Assembly: GCA_034780895.1 (NCBI GenBank)
Contig: JAUZTB010000048.1
Span: forward strand, 36,912,205-36,976,204
Length of the DNA stretch: 64,000 nt
Source of the DNA: Rhynchobatus australiae
Lineage: Eukaryota
Reading direction: 5' to 3'
Below, piece by piece: positions 52,139 to 64,000 of the stretch. Below the pieces are notes generated by a model. That model was given only the letters and a program-made list of their open reading frames with translations. It did not search any database and was not told where the DNA came from. Position 1 is the first letter of the stretch, and each line of letters starts with the position of its first letter. Both the position numbers and the translations under genes were made by a program.

Positions 52139-52628
52139 AAATTAGAGGAACAGCACCTCATGTTCCGCCTGGGCAGCCTCCAACCTGGCAGTATGAGCAT
52201 TGAATTCCCACACTTAGGATAACCGCTCCCCTCTGTCCCTTTTCTCTCTTCTCCTGATCCACCAGCCCCCATCACCCTACATCTTTGCCCTCCTCCACCC
52301 TCTCCAGCTGCCCATCACCCACACACTCCTCCTCCTGGTTCCCCTCCCCACCCCTCTCCTTTTATTCCATGCTCCACCTTCCTCTTCCCTCAGATTCCAT
52401 CATCTTCAGCCCTTTGTCACTTCCACCTATCACTTCCCAGCTTCCAACATCATTCTCACTCTCACCACCGCCCCCACCAACTCACCTGGATCCACCTATC
52501 ACCTCCAGCTCTTGCTCCACCCCTTCCTCCTCATACTGGCTCCCTCCATTCTTTCAGTCCGGATGAAGGGTCTCGACCTGAAACGTCGACTGTCCATTCC
52601 CCTCCATAGATGCTGCCTGACCTGCTGA
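52139..52628 (+). mobile_element. Penelope-like element 3' end: GIY-YIG endonuclease C-terminus plus pseudo-LTR
   Basis: 52139-52222 translates KLEEQHLMFRLGSLQPGSMSIEFPHLG*, a PLE GIY-YIG C-terminal motif. It is followed by a pyrimidine-rich tract and the end motif ...gaaacgtcgactg...agatgctgcctgacctgctga. Confidence 0.8.
52555..52592 (+). ncRNA. Minimal type I hammerhead ribozyme motif (one core substitution) in the Penelope pseudo-LTR
   Basis: CAGTC-CGGATGA-A-GGGTC-TC-GACCT-GAAA-CGTC-GACTG. Stem I is CAGTC/GACTG and stem II is GGGTC/GACCT. The CUGAUGA core carries U4G. GAAA, a palindromic ACGT helix III and a GUC cleavage triplet are present. Confidence 0.72.
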
Positions 52629-53454
52629 CCAGCCCTAACCAATATATGAACACAAGCTTACTTACAGGGATGCCTGCTTAGGCTCGATAAGTAAAAGAGA
52701 GAGAACAAGAAGTAAATGATTCCTAAATGTATTATGTTCACCAGTTGGGCTCAGAGAGCCACAAGTTATATTTGACGTTCTCAGACCTTTGCTGTCATAC
52801 ATAACTGCTGGCAAACACACAAATAAGGATACAAGAGTTCAGCCTTGGTCTTGGGGTTAGTGTCCCATTAAATTCCAAAGCTCTGTTGATACAAGCAAGC
52901 CCTTTCCACCTTCTACCCACTTCCATGTATCAGTCGACGTTATCATTTCACCTCTCCTCCCCTCATTTTTGAGTCTTCACATCTCGGGATGAAGGGGCCA
53001 CTTGGGGACGATATGTGGAGAAAGGTCCTCCATCAGAGGGCTGCGAATCGTTTGCATCTTCCACTCCAGAGAACTGTCAACATTCATCCATGGAGCACAT
53101 TCAATGCAGAGGCTGATGGATTTTTGGACACAGGAAATCAAAGAACAAGGGAGGTGGGATTCAGGCAGAAAAATGGGAGTTCAGTCAGGGTACAACCCAG
53201 TCACAGAGCAGCCTTCAAGGGCTCCAGCTTCTGTTTCTTACATTCGCCCCAACACTTCCTGGAATCCGGAGCTTTCTGTGACTAAACATTGCAGAATGCC
53301 CTGATGCAGGCCTTTTAAGAATTTCACCCAATACTGCTAACCTCCCCCCACCCATTTTAATTCCATCTCCCTTGCATCCAACAACTGTCCAAGCCTGAAG
53401 ATGTCCAAAACAACCGTTTCTCAATTAGTTATTGCTGAGATATTGAGAACCGAA

Positions 53455-54952
53455 TATTGAGCACAAGAGTTGGGAAATCATATTACAGTTGTACAAGACA
53501 TTGGCATGGACACATGTGGAGGACTGCATACAATTCTGATCACCCTGCTACAGGAAGGATGTCATAAACTGGAGAATTTGCAAAAAAAGACTTAAGTATA
53601 TTACTGGGACTGGACGACTTAGATTATAAGGAGAGGCTGGATAGGCAAGGACTTTTTAAGCTTGGAATACAAGATGCTGTGATGTGATCCGACAGAAGTT
53701 TATAAAATCGTGAGGGGCTTAGATAAGGTGGCTCAATATCTAATATTTATGATAGGTTATTAGGAATGAGTAAGATTCCACTAGATAAAATTAAAAATGC
53801 TTGGGAACAAGATTTGCGGGTGTCAATTTCTGAGGAAACTTGGAATGAAATTTTTTAATTGGTTAATACTTCGTCATTATGTGCCCGTCATTCTCTCCTT
53901 CAATTTAAAGTGGTCCATAGAGCTCACTTGTCTAAAGACAAACTTGCCCCTTTTTATTCCGATACATCTCCTTACTGTGACAAATGCAATAACAGACAGG
54001 ATTCTTTAATTCACCTGTTCTGGATGTGTCAGAGTCTTAAAAAAATATTGGACAGAGGTGTTTCAAACATTTTCTGTGCTTTTTAAAATAAATTTTAAAC
54101 TTAATCCTTTGGCTGCATTATTTGGGATTGTTGGAGCAAAAGATACAACTTTGAAGGCTTCTGATCTACACATTCTGGCTTTTATTTCTCTTATAGCCAG
54201 GAGGGCTGTGTTGCTTGAATGGAAGGAAGTTACTCTGCCTACTCATGCTCAATGGTTATAGGATGTTATGTCACACCTGAATCTAGAGAAGATCCATTCT
54301 TCAATTCTTGAATCTAACTTAGACTTTCAAACCCTGTGGGCCCTTTTTTTGAATTATTTTCAAAACCTTTGATTTGGTGACGAAACTACAGACATTGGCT
54401 GATATTGTTGGGTTTCAAGTCTTTTCTTTTATCAAACAGCTTCGGTTTTTGTAGTAGGGATAGATTTTTTTAAAAATAGTAAAAATATTCCAATTTTTTC
54501 TTTATTAACTATTATATGTGATTTTAAGTATGATTTAACACAATGTATTTTATCCTCTTTTTTGATGCGAGTACTCTGTATTTTTTTTCATGGATTTAAT
54601 AAAAATATTGTAAAAGATAAGGTGAATAGCCAAAGTCTTTCCCCAAGGTAGGCAAGTCCAAAACTAGAGGGCATAGGTTTAAAGTGAGAGGGAAAGATTT
54701 AAAAGGTACCAGAGGGGCATCTTTTTCCACACAGAGAGTGATGAGTGTATGGAACGAGCTGCCGGAGGAGGTGGTAGAGTCGGGTACAGTTACAACATTT
54801 AAAAAGCATTTGGAGAGTCACATGGATAGGAAAAGTTTAGAGGGATACGGGCCAAATGCAGGCAAATGTTAGTTAGCTTAGTTAGGAAACTGGTCAGCAT
54901 GGACAAGTTGGGCCAAAGGGCCTGTTTCCATGCCTTATAGCTCTATGACTAT
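53455..54952 (+). mobile_element. CR1 LINE 3' fragment interrupted by an L1
   Basis: 5' part LQLYKTL...PCYRKDV...YKERLDRQGLF (to 53730). 3' part TRGHRFKVRG...WNELPEEVV...EGYGPNAGK plus tail (from 54615). Confidence 0.85.
53731..54614 (+). mobile_element. 5'-truncated L1-clade LINE (ORF2 C-terminal zinc knuckle plus 3' UTR) with a 10-bp TSD
   Basis: CARHSLLQFKVVHRAH...CDKC-x7-HLFWMC...ARRAVLLEWK. AATAAA near 54598. TSD agataaggtg at 53721-53730 and 54615-54624. Confidence 0.9.
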
Positions 54953-55590
54953 GAGAAGACCCTTCCACATTCCATCTCCCCATAAGATATGACGTGAGCC
55001 ACAGGTAACTAATAAGAATCATTCACAAACACCAAAAGTTTATCACATCAAATTATTTGCCTTGTAGGAAAATGGTGTTCAAAATTCCATTCCAACATGC
55101 TATGATTAGTACCAAATCACATTATAGTTGACAACAGTCACTCTGAACTGGAAGCTTTATTTTGCACCACTAATTGAATCTTCCCAGCATACCAGCCATT
55201 TCTAACTAAGTGATCTGCCAGCTGAGCTCTTTTCAGCTGAGAAAACACTTTTAGGAAATTTAACAAGCCTGTGTGATTTGCTGCCAGGGTGGGTAAAGGA
55301 GCTAGGGGTCAGAGGTCGATTGTCGACATGCTCCACAGATGGGAGTTATTACGGCTTTCGGTTGGCCTCATTTGGTCTTTTATCACATTTACAGGCCGTA
55401 GGAACTCTTCCTCCTTTACATGATTAAATCAGCTTTAGCACCCGACTCCAAACACAAAGGTTTTTGAGGCCTTCACAGAACAGCGAGGCCCAGCCTCTTC
55501 CCTCCTGGTGGAGATTCTTGCAGCTGCCTCAGACCCTATGACCCCACAGTGCAGCCACTGACCTTGTATTATCTTCACGGACATTAGAAT

Positions 55591-55660
55591 GGGGAGGGGT
55601 GGGGGCAGGGGTCGGGTGGGAGGAGGAGGTTGGGGGAGAGGGTATTGGGGGTGTTGTGGG
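55591..55660 (+). repeat. G-rich tract with G-quadruplex potential
   Basis: Multiple closely spaced runs of 3 or more G, next to an assembly gap. Confidence 0.55.
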
Positions 55661-57994
55661 TAGTGCGCACCGCCCAGCTCCCTCACANNNNNNNNNNNNN
55701 NNNNNNNNNNNNNNNNNNNNNNNNNNNNNNNNNNNNNNNNNNNNNNNNNNNNNNNNNNNNNNNNNNNNNNNNNNNNNNNNNNNNNNNGTGCTCAGACACC
55801 TCAGGCCTGCCCCTGTAAACACACTTGCATCATTGTCTGGCAGGATCCCAACACCATTTCAATCTTTCATCCTTTCCACAATGGTTTCAAAATACATTCA
55901 CTCAACAGCAGAACACATTATACAGCTGGTGAAGCCACTTCTATAAAAGATCAAACGTTTTTGTTACAAATGCAGCAACCTTTCATGAGCCTCACACAAG
56001 TTACTCTGCAAGTTAATCATGTTTACAAAGGGCCTTGATTAATAACGTTGGAGAATTGATACTGGCATTACTTACAAACCTGGTAATACATTTTGCTTCC
56101 AAAATAATTAAATACTTATGAAACCCTTATCAAATCACATAAAACAATCAGGGCGGGGGTCTGAAGGGCAGGTTGGTCTTTAACATTTTGAACAAAGTAC
56201 ATCTTAAAAATTATAAATGGGAGGAGAGAAGCATGGAAATGGTTTGCAGGTACAAAATATTAATGATGACAAAAGAAGCAACTAGGAGGCATAAAACAGC
56301 AATTATCCAGCAGTAATTATTATTCCTATGTTTACTATTTTCTCTGTGAGCTTCATGCAAACAAGGAATTTCATTGTTCCTGGTGTATGTGAGAATGAAC
56401 TGATCTAATCTGTACCTAGGCATGTAGAAAATGACTACGTGGACCCTAAATTGGTAGAAGATGCTTTTGGAGCATTTGGGGCAATTCTGAGTATATCATN
56501 NNNNNNNNNTCCACAGCTGACAACAGTGATGAGAGGGAGGAATTTAACCATAACCAAAAATGAACAATGGAGGTTAAGAAACAAATATTCTAACACAGAA
56601 GGAAACTGGAATCATTCACGACTCAGAATCCACAAAGTACTCTTCTTAAACGGCACATTAGCTACTTGAAAGAGTATAAACTGAAATGACCAGAACATTG
56701 GCAATAGAGTGGATGGATATAGAGAAAAATGTAGGCATGTATTTGATGTGTCAAATGGCTGGTTTCTCTACTCCTGCTTTTCATTTAACTTTGCTCGCGT
56801 CTTTACCCTATTGCCATCCACTAAGTCTGTGGGGGCAGTCAANNNNNNNNNNNNNNNNNNNNNNNNNNNNNNNNNNNNNNNNNNNNNNNNNNNNNNNNNN
56901 NNNNNNNNNNNNNNNNNNNNNNNNNNNNNNNNNNNNNNNNNNCTTTACCCTATTGCCATCAACTAAGTCTGTGGGGGCAGTAAATGGTTGAGCTGCCTGC
57001 TAACCAAGCAGAAACAACCAGTCCCTGCCCCATTCATCAGCTCGCTTTAGAATCACAGCGTGAACCTGTGTCTTACAACTTCACAGTGCCACACATCACA
57101 ATTCAACACAATTCATCACCACCCACTCCGAGATCCTTTGGTAAACTTTCAAATCCTAACAAGCAAAGCTGCAACAAGAATTTTAATTTGACATACTTCT
57201 TGCACATCAATTCTACATGTCAAATCCTCATATCTTTTTTACCCGACTCTTAACTATGCTTCTGGAGGCAAGAATAAACTGCTTTACTTCCTCATGTTCT
57301 GTTAGGGCTTCAAAAACTTTCACGTTTCTCCACAGATTTGGAGTCAGGTGCTAAACCCAATTTAATCATGTAAATCAGTTCCTACGGGTTGCTAAACACA
57401 AGATTCTTTCAATTGCCTCACTGTTCCTATGCAAATCTGACCGAGCAGGTTATCAACCTGATCTCTCTACTTCCAGTAACCGTCGTAAGGAAATAGGTGA
57501 AGTGATCACAGGAGAGGAATTAGTTAAAAGGGATATTGGGCATCTGTCCCTTCCATTAATATCTGGATGATGCAATAATACAGAGCGCTTGGAATGCTGC
57601 TCAGTATACAGTCAGGTGATTTCACAGATCAGGCGTCACAATAGGAGTTCTCTCATCTCAATGGACCTTAGCATACTCCTAAACTATTTGAACTGACAAT
57701 GATCTTGGCTTAAGTGCACAAAACATTAAATGAAGTCAAATCGACTGCCAAAAGGTTCCCAGAAAACAGCAGGGCATTTTGTAAGCCTAATTAATGGAGG
57801 CCCCACATTTGTTTGTTTCTACGTTGAATTGATGGCAGACAATTAAAGTGGGCAGTGGGACAAGATTTACAGACTCAGTGCTGTAAAACACAGAGTTAAA
57901 TCCCCCAACTAAGTGCCAAAGCTTTTGGCAATCATGTTATGCATTTACCATAGGATGCCTGAGCTGATCTAACTTTAAAACAACTTTTTCTGCG

Positions 57995-58370
57995 GTCATA
58001 CTGAGGGAGGGAAATTAAACCAAATGGCAGTTCCAGCAGATTTGTGTCTTTTGGTGAAGATGTTAAAATTAGTCCTTTGCCATCTGCCTGTCTCACTACC
58101 CAGGTGAATCGAAGAGATCTCCTGGAACTACTCCAAAAATGGCAAGGGGATTTTACCCAGTGTATTGGTTAACATTTATCCCTCAACCACACACCAAAAG
58201 TAAATTATTTTATCATTAGCACGTTGTTGTTTGTGGGAGCTTGCTGCACAATCACTGGCTGCATTTCCTGTTACCGCAGTAACACATTTCAGAAATACTT
58301 CATTGGTTTAAAGGTGATCTACAACATCGCAAGAGCATGCAAGTCACTTTCCAAATTTAAATCTTTCAAT
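57995..58370 (+). mobile_element. Deu-domain SINE
   Basis: aacatttatccctcaacc...gtttgtgggagcttgctgcac...tttcct...aatacttcattgg. Confidence 0.75.
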
Positions 58371-59960
58371 GAAATCGAGACAGATGGTACACTCAGCAGT
58401 TCAAGTGCCCAATCCCTCTGGATTGATGCAAACAGACTTCACCCTACAGGTTAACAAGACCTTGCAGACTGCTCTCCAGGAATGGTCCAATGTGGAGGAT
58501 GCTTAAGGAATCTACATCCTATCCATTGAATTGGATTACCACAGCAAAGGCACATTTTTATATGGGTGCGTGGGGGGGAAGAATAGGGGCAGATATCACT
58601 TAACATATGATGGCTAGTAGAACAGTGACTTTTGTTACATATCTCTCCAACTCATCCACTGCAGAATTCGGAGCCCACTCTCATGGTCACCTCCAAAACA
58701 GAATTTGGTTCAAGTGCCTACTATTCCCATTTAGTCCTGGGTAACACAATTTATAGTTTAACATTCAAACTTAGATTCAAATAAATGGGCACAACCTCGA
58801 AAATAACTAATATCCACCAGCATCACACAACATTCAAAGTACTAAAACCGATGTTCTACAAAGTCCTTCAGTCTGGGCTCTTCCCAATTTTGCTGTCAGC
58901 TCCTTTTCTGTTTGATATTCTAAAGCTAAAAATTCCATCCTTTCAAAAGAAATGTCAGATGTGGATCTGCTTGTAAATCAATCTTTTATCTCAAATTAGG
59001 ACAGCAAAGTACTGAAAACAAAATTATAATGGAATTCAAACAAAGGCAAAAGATTCCAATGCAAAAGCTATTGTGTTTCAACAGACTGCAAGGCTAGGAG
59101 CCAAAGCAATTCCCTGGCATTGCGACAAGTACACCTTTCCTTTCCACAACAGCGCAGCAATCATTGTAAAAACATTCCAGAGATGCAACAAAGGATATCT
59201 AACTGAACAGCCTCAGCTGAAGGAAGAGGCTAGTGGTGGGGTCATCCAGATGACTGAAACCACCCAACCAGCTCCCCTCCACAGCCATTGTTGCACTGTG
59301 ACCTCGCTGTAATTTCAGCAATAAACTACTCCCATTCTATTTTTTGATCACGAAGTTCAAGGCATTTGCTTCTTTGCCAAACTGAGACGAGTCCAACCAG
59401 CCTCCCGGGAACAGTGAAACCAAGCTCCCTTTGATTTAGGACACTACAAGAAAAAGAAAATGCAGATGGCAAGATATCGCACTGACCCACCCTAAGGAGA
59501 GAAAACCCCTCCTTCCAAACCTGTCCCTTTGCAGAAGGAGGCGTACAAATTTCCTATGACAGCAACCAAACGATTGAAATGAAAATAACCTCTGTTTGAT
59601 GAGCAGATTGCACAGTGAACAACCAAAGGTGTGAAGGGAGAAGTGAAAGGAATGAAAAGTAGGACTCCTTCCAGGGTCTACGTGAATCCACAGTGTGCAG
59701 CTTAATAAATTATACCTAAAGTCTCACTCATTGTATCAGTCGCATTTAAATGAACAGTCACCTCAGGCTCCTCCTGTGCAGTCCATTGTGGATGAGTGAG
59801 CCTGGGTTCCTTTCTCTCAGGAAACCGTAGCCTTGAACGCTCTTGCTTGCGTGTGGAAAAGAAGTGGGGCTACAGCTGAGTTTGAATTTGAAGCTGCAAC
59901 ATTATATTTTGCACTACTTGTCCATAAGCAACTTTATTGGTACAAGTCCTCCCAGCTTAC

Positions 59961-60052
59961 GAACACCCCACTCGGATATTGCCCGCACATTTGAATGAGC
60001 ATTTGGGAGGCTGGCGGGATGGGTTCGCTGGCTGTTGTGGAGCTGCAGGCAT
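59961..60052 (-). CDS. Candidate first coding exon of the ARHGAP39-like gene (MPAAPQQPANPSRQPPKCSFKCAGNIRVGC-S)
   Basis: aagATG start; 92 nt ending at TTC|gtaagc in phase 2, compatible with the WW exon. No recognisable homology. Confidence 0.2.
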
Positions 60053-60459
60053 CTTCTGCCGTGTGGGAACTGTCTGGAATCCTGCCGTTACCTGGGGAGG
60101 ACCCGGCAAAACACCAGGGGAGACATCAGGTGGGTGAGCAAAGACAGGAGAGAGAATCCACGGGCACGTGCCCCACACTGGTGAAAACATGGATGCAGAG
60201 GAAAGGAAAGAGTGGAGGAAATGACAGGGAGAAATGAGACCACTGCAAAATTGAAACTGCAACCTGCGAATTTGTGGCATTGGGGTTCAGAGGGAAGACG
60301 AGGACGGCAGCCAAGATGAGTAGGACACCTGGAGCAGCACTAAATATGGATTGAAGGGCGGAGAAAGAGGCCAGAGGTGCACTCAACCAATCGAGTGTGA
60401 AGGTGACTACAGCACAAAGGCTTGCAGCTGCAACCATAAAATCATCCATCAACATCACT

Positions 60460-60550
60460 GTGATGACTTCCTGTTGTGGGTAGTAGGTGACCGAGGGTGC
60501 TTCACATCCTTGTCTACAGTGACTCAGTAGAAGTGGGTTGTGATGTCAGT
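60460..60550. promoter_or_regulatory. Putative ETS/AP-1/CRE-like site cluster
   Basis: ACTTCCTG at 60466-60473, TGACTCA at 60520-60526 and TGATGTCA at 60541-60548, in sequence not recognised as repeat. Motif match only. Confidence 0.25.
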
Positions 60551-61289
60551 AGTAGCACTGAGCCTACTACTTCCAGTTAGGGAGGGAAAATTATCAGGAC
60601 TTAACCCACTTCTAAAATAAACCTCCACAGACTCATGCACAAACTGCGTGGGTTTGTATTTTACATGGAAATGCTGTGGTGGTCGAGCTTAGATGCATTT
60701 CTTTTCCTTCCCCACCCCCAGCTGTGTGAATGGCTCTCCCACCACACAGTGTTAAGGATAACACACAAAGAACCACCAAAATACTGCACAGCACAAAATA
60801 ACCAAGGGAAAATATCCCAACAAGGAACCAAATGCTCCAGGGATGGGACAGGGAAGACAGTGAATTGTCACAGCCCATTGCATAAAAGGAAATAAAGAAA
60901 CATTTTTAAAAATACAACCATCTTTAAGATGGTGGTTTGTGTTTTATAAGATTCACGTGGCTACTGGTGTGACAATATTTTCAACTGGTACATCATTTTC
61001 AATCCACTAACAAAAGCTATTTCTACACATCACCTATGATTTCTCAGATGGGGGCAGGCATAAAGAGTGTTGCTTTAGGAACTCTGGAGTGAATTAAGTG
61101 CTACACAGCACTTGAGAAAGCATGCAAGAACCTTCTTTCAAAACAACCACTCTGGTGTTAACCTTGAACAGACTGTGGTCAGTGGGGCAGGTGGAGGAAT
61201 GGAACCAATCTCTATTGTGCCATAGGAAGAGAAGAAAGAGGCACAAATACTCCTCCGCTCAGATGGCTCAACAATGGAAATACATTTAC

Positions 61290-61800
61290 AGAAAAGCAAA
61301 CATACTAAACAGTGTGTGGTGGTGATCCATCCCTTCATGGATCCTTCTGAGACCTGGACCACTGACAGCAGGTCAGTGACTAAGGCACTGGAAAAATACC
61401 ACCAATGCTGCCTCCACAAAATCTTCCAAATTCACTGGAAGGATAGGATAACTAATGCCTTCGTGCTCTCCGAGGCCATCATCCCCAAGCACAGAGCCCC
61501 TATTATATTTGGCTGGCAATGCTGACAGGCCTTGCCATTGGACCACACTCACAACACAACACCCTATTCCGAGTTCTGTCACAGGAAGAGATTACCAGAC
61601 GGGTAAAAGAAAGGGTTCAAGGACGTGCTCGAAGCCTCCATGGAACAAAACTGCCACATCCCCACCAGCTGCTAGGAATCTGGCCCACGATCAGTCAAAG
61701 TGAAGAAGAATTGATAATAATTTTGAGAACCTCAAGACATGTTGGGAAGAGGGCAGAGGAGCAGACCGTCTCACATAAAGACTGCAACCATCCACCACAT
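61290..61800 (+). mobile_element. RTE-clade LINE C-terminal fragment
   Basis: SETWTT...KALEKYHQCCLHKIFQIHWKDRITNAFVL, an RTE/BovB-type post-RT motif. Confidence 0.75.
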
Positions 61801-61930
61801 CTTTGCCCCTCATGATTCTATAAATATCTATGAGGTTACACCTTACCTGCCTTAACTCCAGGGAAGACAATCCCAGCCAATCCAGTCTCTCCTTATAACC
61901 CCCCCTTGGTACACTGACCATTCCTGGCAT
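61800..61930 (-). mobile_element. CR1 fragment
   Basis: YKERLDWLGLSSLELRQVRCNLIDIYRIMRG. Confidence 0.7.
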
Positions 61931-62654
61931 TAAACACCTAGATGATGATTCCCGTGTGTTGGAATAAATTTAAATGCTTTCAAAACATTATATTTCTTAC
62001 TTAAATCACTGATGTTCTCATCTTTATATGAGACTGTGAAAATGCTAAAAATATTAAATAATTTTTCTGATTTGAGTACTATTCATGAGATTGGCTCCTC
62101 AGACATTCGAGGCATTAGGGTTCACTGGATAACAAGACAGATAACTGCAATGGGTTCCCTCAGCCTGGACACACAGGGTCAGTCACAGCTACCTCAAGTA
62201 GGGATCTGCCGGTTACGGAAGCTCAGGTCTCTCTGGTCTGCATGGTTCCGGTACTAAATTACTGATCCAGTGACACTTTGGTGCAAACTATCACTCTGAT
62301 CAGATTTCAGAACACATCCTTAAGACTTAAAAAAACTGAACACTTAATCCCCGAAGTTACACTGGGTTGCTAAGGTAGCAATGAAAAGTCTAGGGCAACT
62401 CAAGCATTAATTTCTAAACAGAATGCAGGCGTCAGCTGACTGACTGATAAACACCTCCTAAAGCGCACGCGCACACACACACACAGACTTGGCTAACCCT
62501 GGGATTAATGCAGAGTACTTAACTATCAATCTCCCCTCATCTCTAAATGAAGATGAGCTAATTTGGCAAAACTGAGAATAGATTTCAACTGTATTACTGT
62601 GGGATGACACCAGGCATTCTTCATGTCCCAAGCAGCTGTACTGAAGTGGCTACA

Positions 62655-62788
62655 GAGAGTCAGAGTCTTACATGGAAACAGGCCCTTCGGCCCAACCTGT
62701 CTATACTGACTCTGTTGTCCAGCGAGCTAGTCCCATAGCCCTCTAAACCTCTGCTATCAATGTACTTATCCAGATGGCTTTTAAACAT
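62655..62788 (-). mobile_element. CR1/HE1 tail
   Basis: catggaaacaggcccttcggccc...ctagtccca...gtacttatccagatg. Confidence 0.7.
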
Positions 62789-64000
62789 ATAGAATTGGGA
62801 ACAGTTCCATACCTGGAATTCAGGTATGAGGAAGAAAATTTAAAGAAATCAAAGGACAAGATAACCTTAAATATAAATGCACTGATTATTAATAATATAG
62901 AATGGATTTGGAGTTACTCCCCACACTCATACTTATCTGATGCAGATTCAGAAAGTCTTTTTTACTGGTCTGATGCACCCCAGACCACAGCAGTACAGTC
63001 TAGGCACAGTGAAGTAGTCCTGCCCCCAAAAGCCTTGAGAGTTAGCAAATCCCTCATCCATTCCCCGCACCCAGACAGCTTTGCTGGCCATTGAAGGTAG
63101 AGGGCAACTCAAAACGCATTTAAAAACTACTAAAATTGTAGTAAATTAACAGAGGAAACATTATTAACAATGTTCTAAAGAAAAACCTGAAAAATATAAA
63201 ACAGAAGTGAAACATGCCTTTCCCACCAGTTTTCTTATCTGCAGCATGACCAAGCATTTCAAAATCTTGGGTCTGACCTGACTCAGGATCCAAGAGGAGA
63301 CTCCCCAGCACAAATACTGGGGGAGTCTCAGCAACACTAGGCTCCCAAGCTAGACTGCATCCATCAGTGAAGCTTAGAGTCAACATTCCAAATCTATTAA
63401 ACCCAGGACTTTTGCAAATGACAATGCATGCACAGAAATCCCTTGAAACAAGTTTCCAAAAATCTACAGTCATTGGTCTTCATACAGAGGTAGTGACACA
63501 CGATTCACAAAGTCATTACTTTTATAATTTCTGATGTTAAATTTAGGTGTTCCAAATAGACATACAAAGGAGGTAGAAATTTCAGGCTTTAAAAAAAAAT
63601 GGACCACTCATCCACAGAAATTAGGACAATAATTAAACTGGATTAAAAAAAAGGCACACCAGTAAGATTTTCCTAAAAACATGCCAATGAGATCCAGCCC
63701 TTCGTTAATTGTTTCTAAAGGGTTTTAACAGAACCGATCCATTGACCTTCTCCATCAGACGTGCTCTTGCAAATCAATGCAGGTTTCAGGAGTGGGATGA
63801 CCTCCCAGTCTTGCCTGCTAGTTTGGTTTTCATCCAGCGCCAGCAGATCAAGCAGCGATCCCTTTGCGCTCCTCAGTGATACCAGTTCAAGGTAACAGCC
63901 AAGTCGACGTTGATGGCTATAGCCAGTGGAAAGACAACCAATATAATGTCAGTCATTAGCAATAAAGCTTATGTGCTTAGAGATAGAAGCATATGAACAA

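Noticed and set aside
60126-60458. 110-aa ORF that looks membrane-spanning
   Set aside because: No recognisable family or supporting exon structure; expected by chance antisense to purine-rich DNA.

Overview
Eukaryotic, AT-rich (roughly 40% GC by eye), repeat-dense vertebrate DNA from a gapped draft assembly. The repeat content (HE1/V-SINEs, Deu-domain SINEs, CR1, Rex/Babar, Tx1/L1, RTE, Penelope) points to a cartilaginous fish, probably a ray or other batoid (inference). Only two host coding exons are firmly identified, and they are convergent. One is the terminal exon of LIMD1 (+, 17971-18105) with a probable 3' UTR. The other is the tandem-WW exon of an ARHGAP39-family gene (-, 39297-38860). 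I found neither the upstream LIMD1 exons nor the downstream MyTH4/RhoGAP exons. Nearly all other ORFs in the track are decayed retroelement fragments, gap read-throughs or chance ORFs. Highlights: a Penelope 3' end with a minimal type I hammerhead ribozyme fold (52555-52592); palindromic Penelope-derived elements; a candidate short terminal exon that would give a WW-only ARHGAP39-like protein; an L1 inside a CR1 with a 10-bp TSD; and a triple inverted repeat. Repeat family calls come from recalled consensus motifs rather than a search, and TE boundaries are approximate. No CRISPR, rRNA or bona fide tRNA gene was seen, and no new biological system can be demonstrated from the sequence alone.
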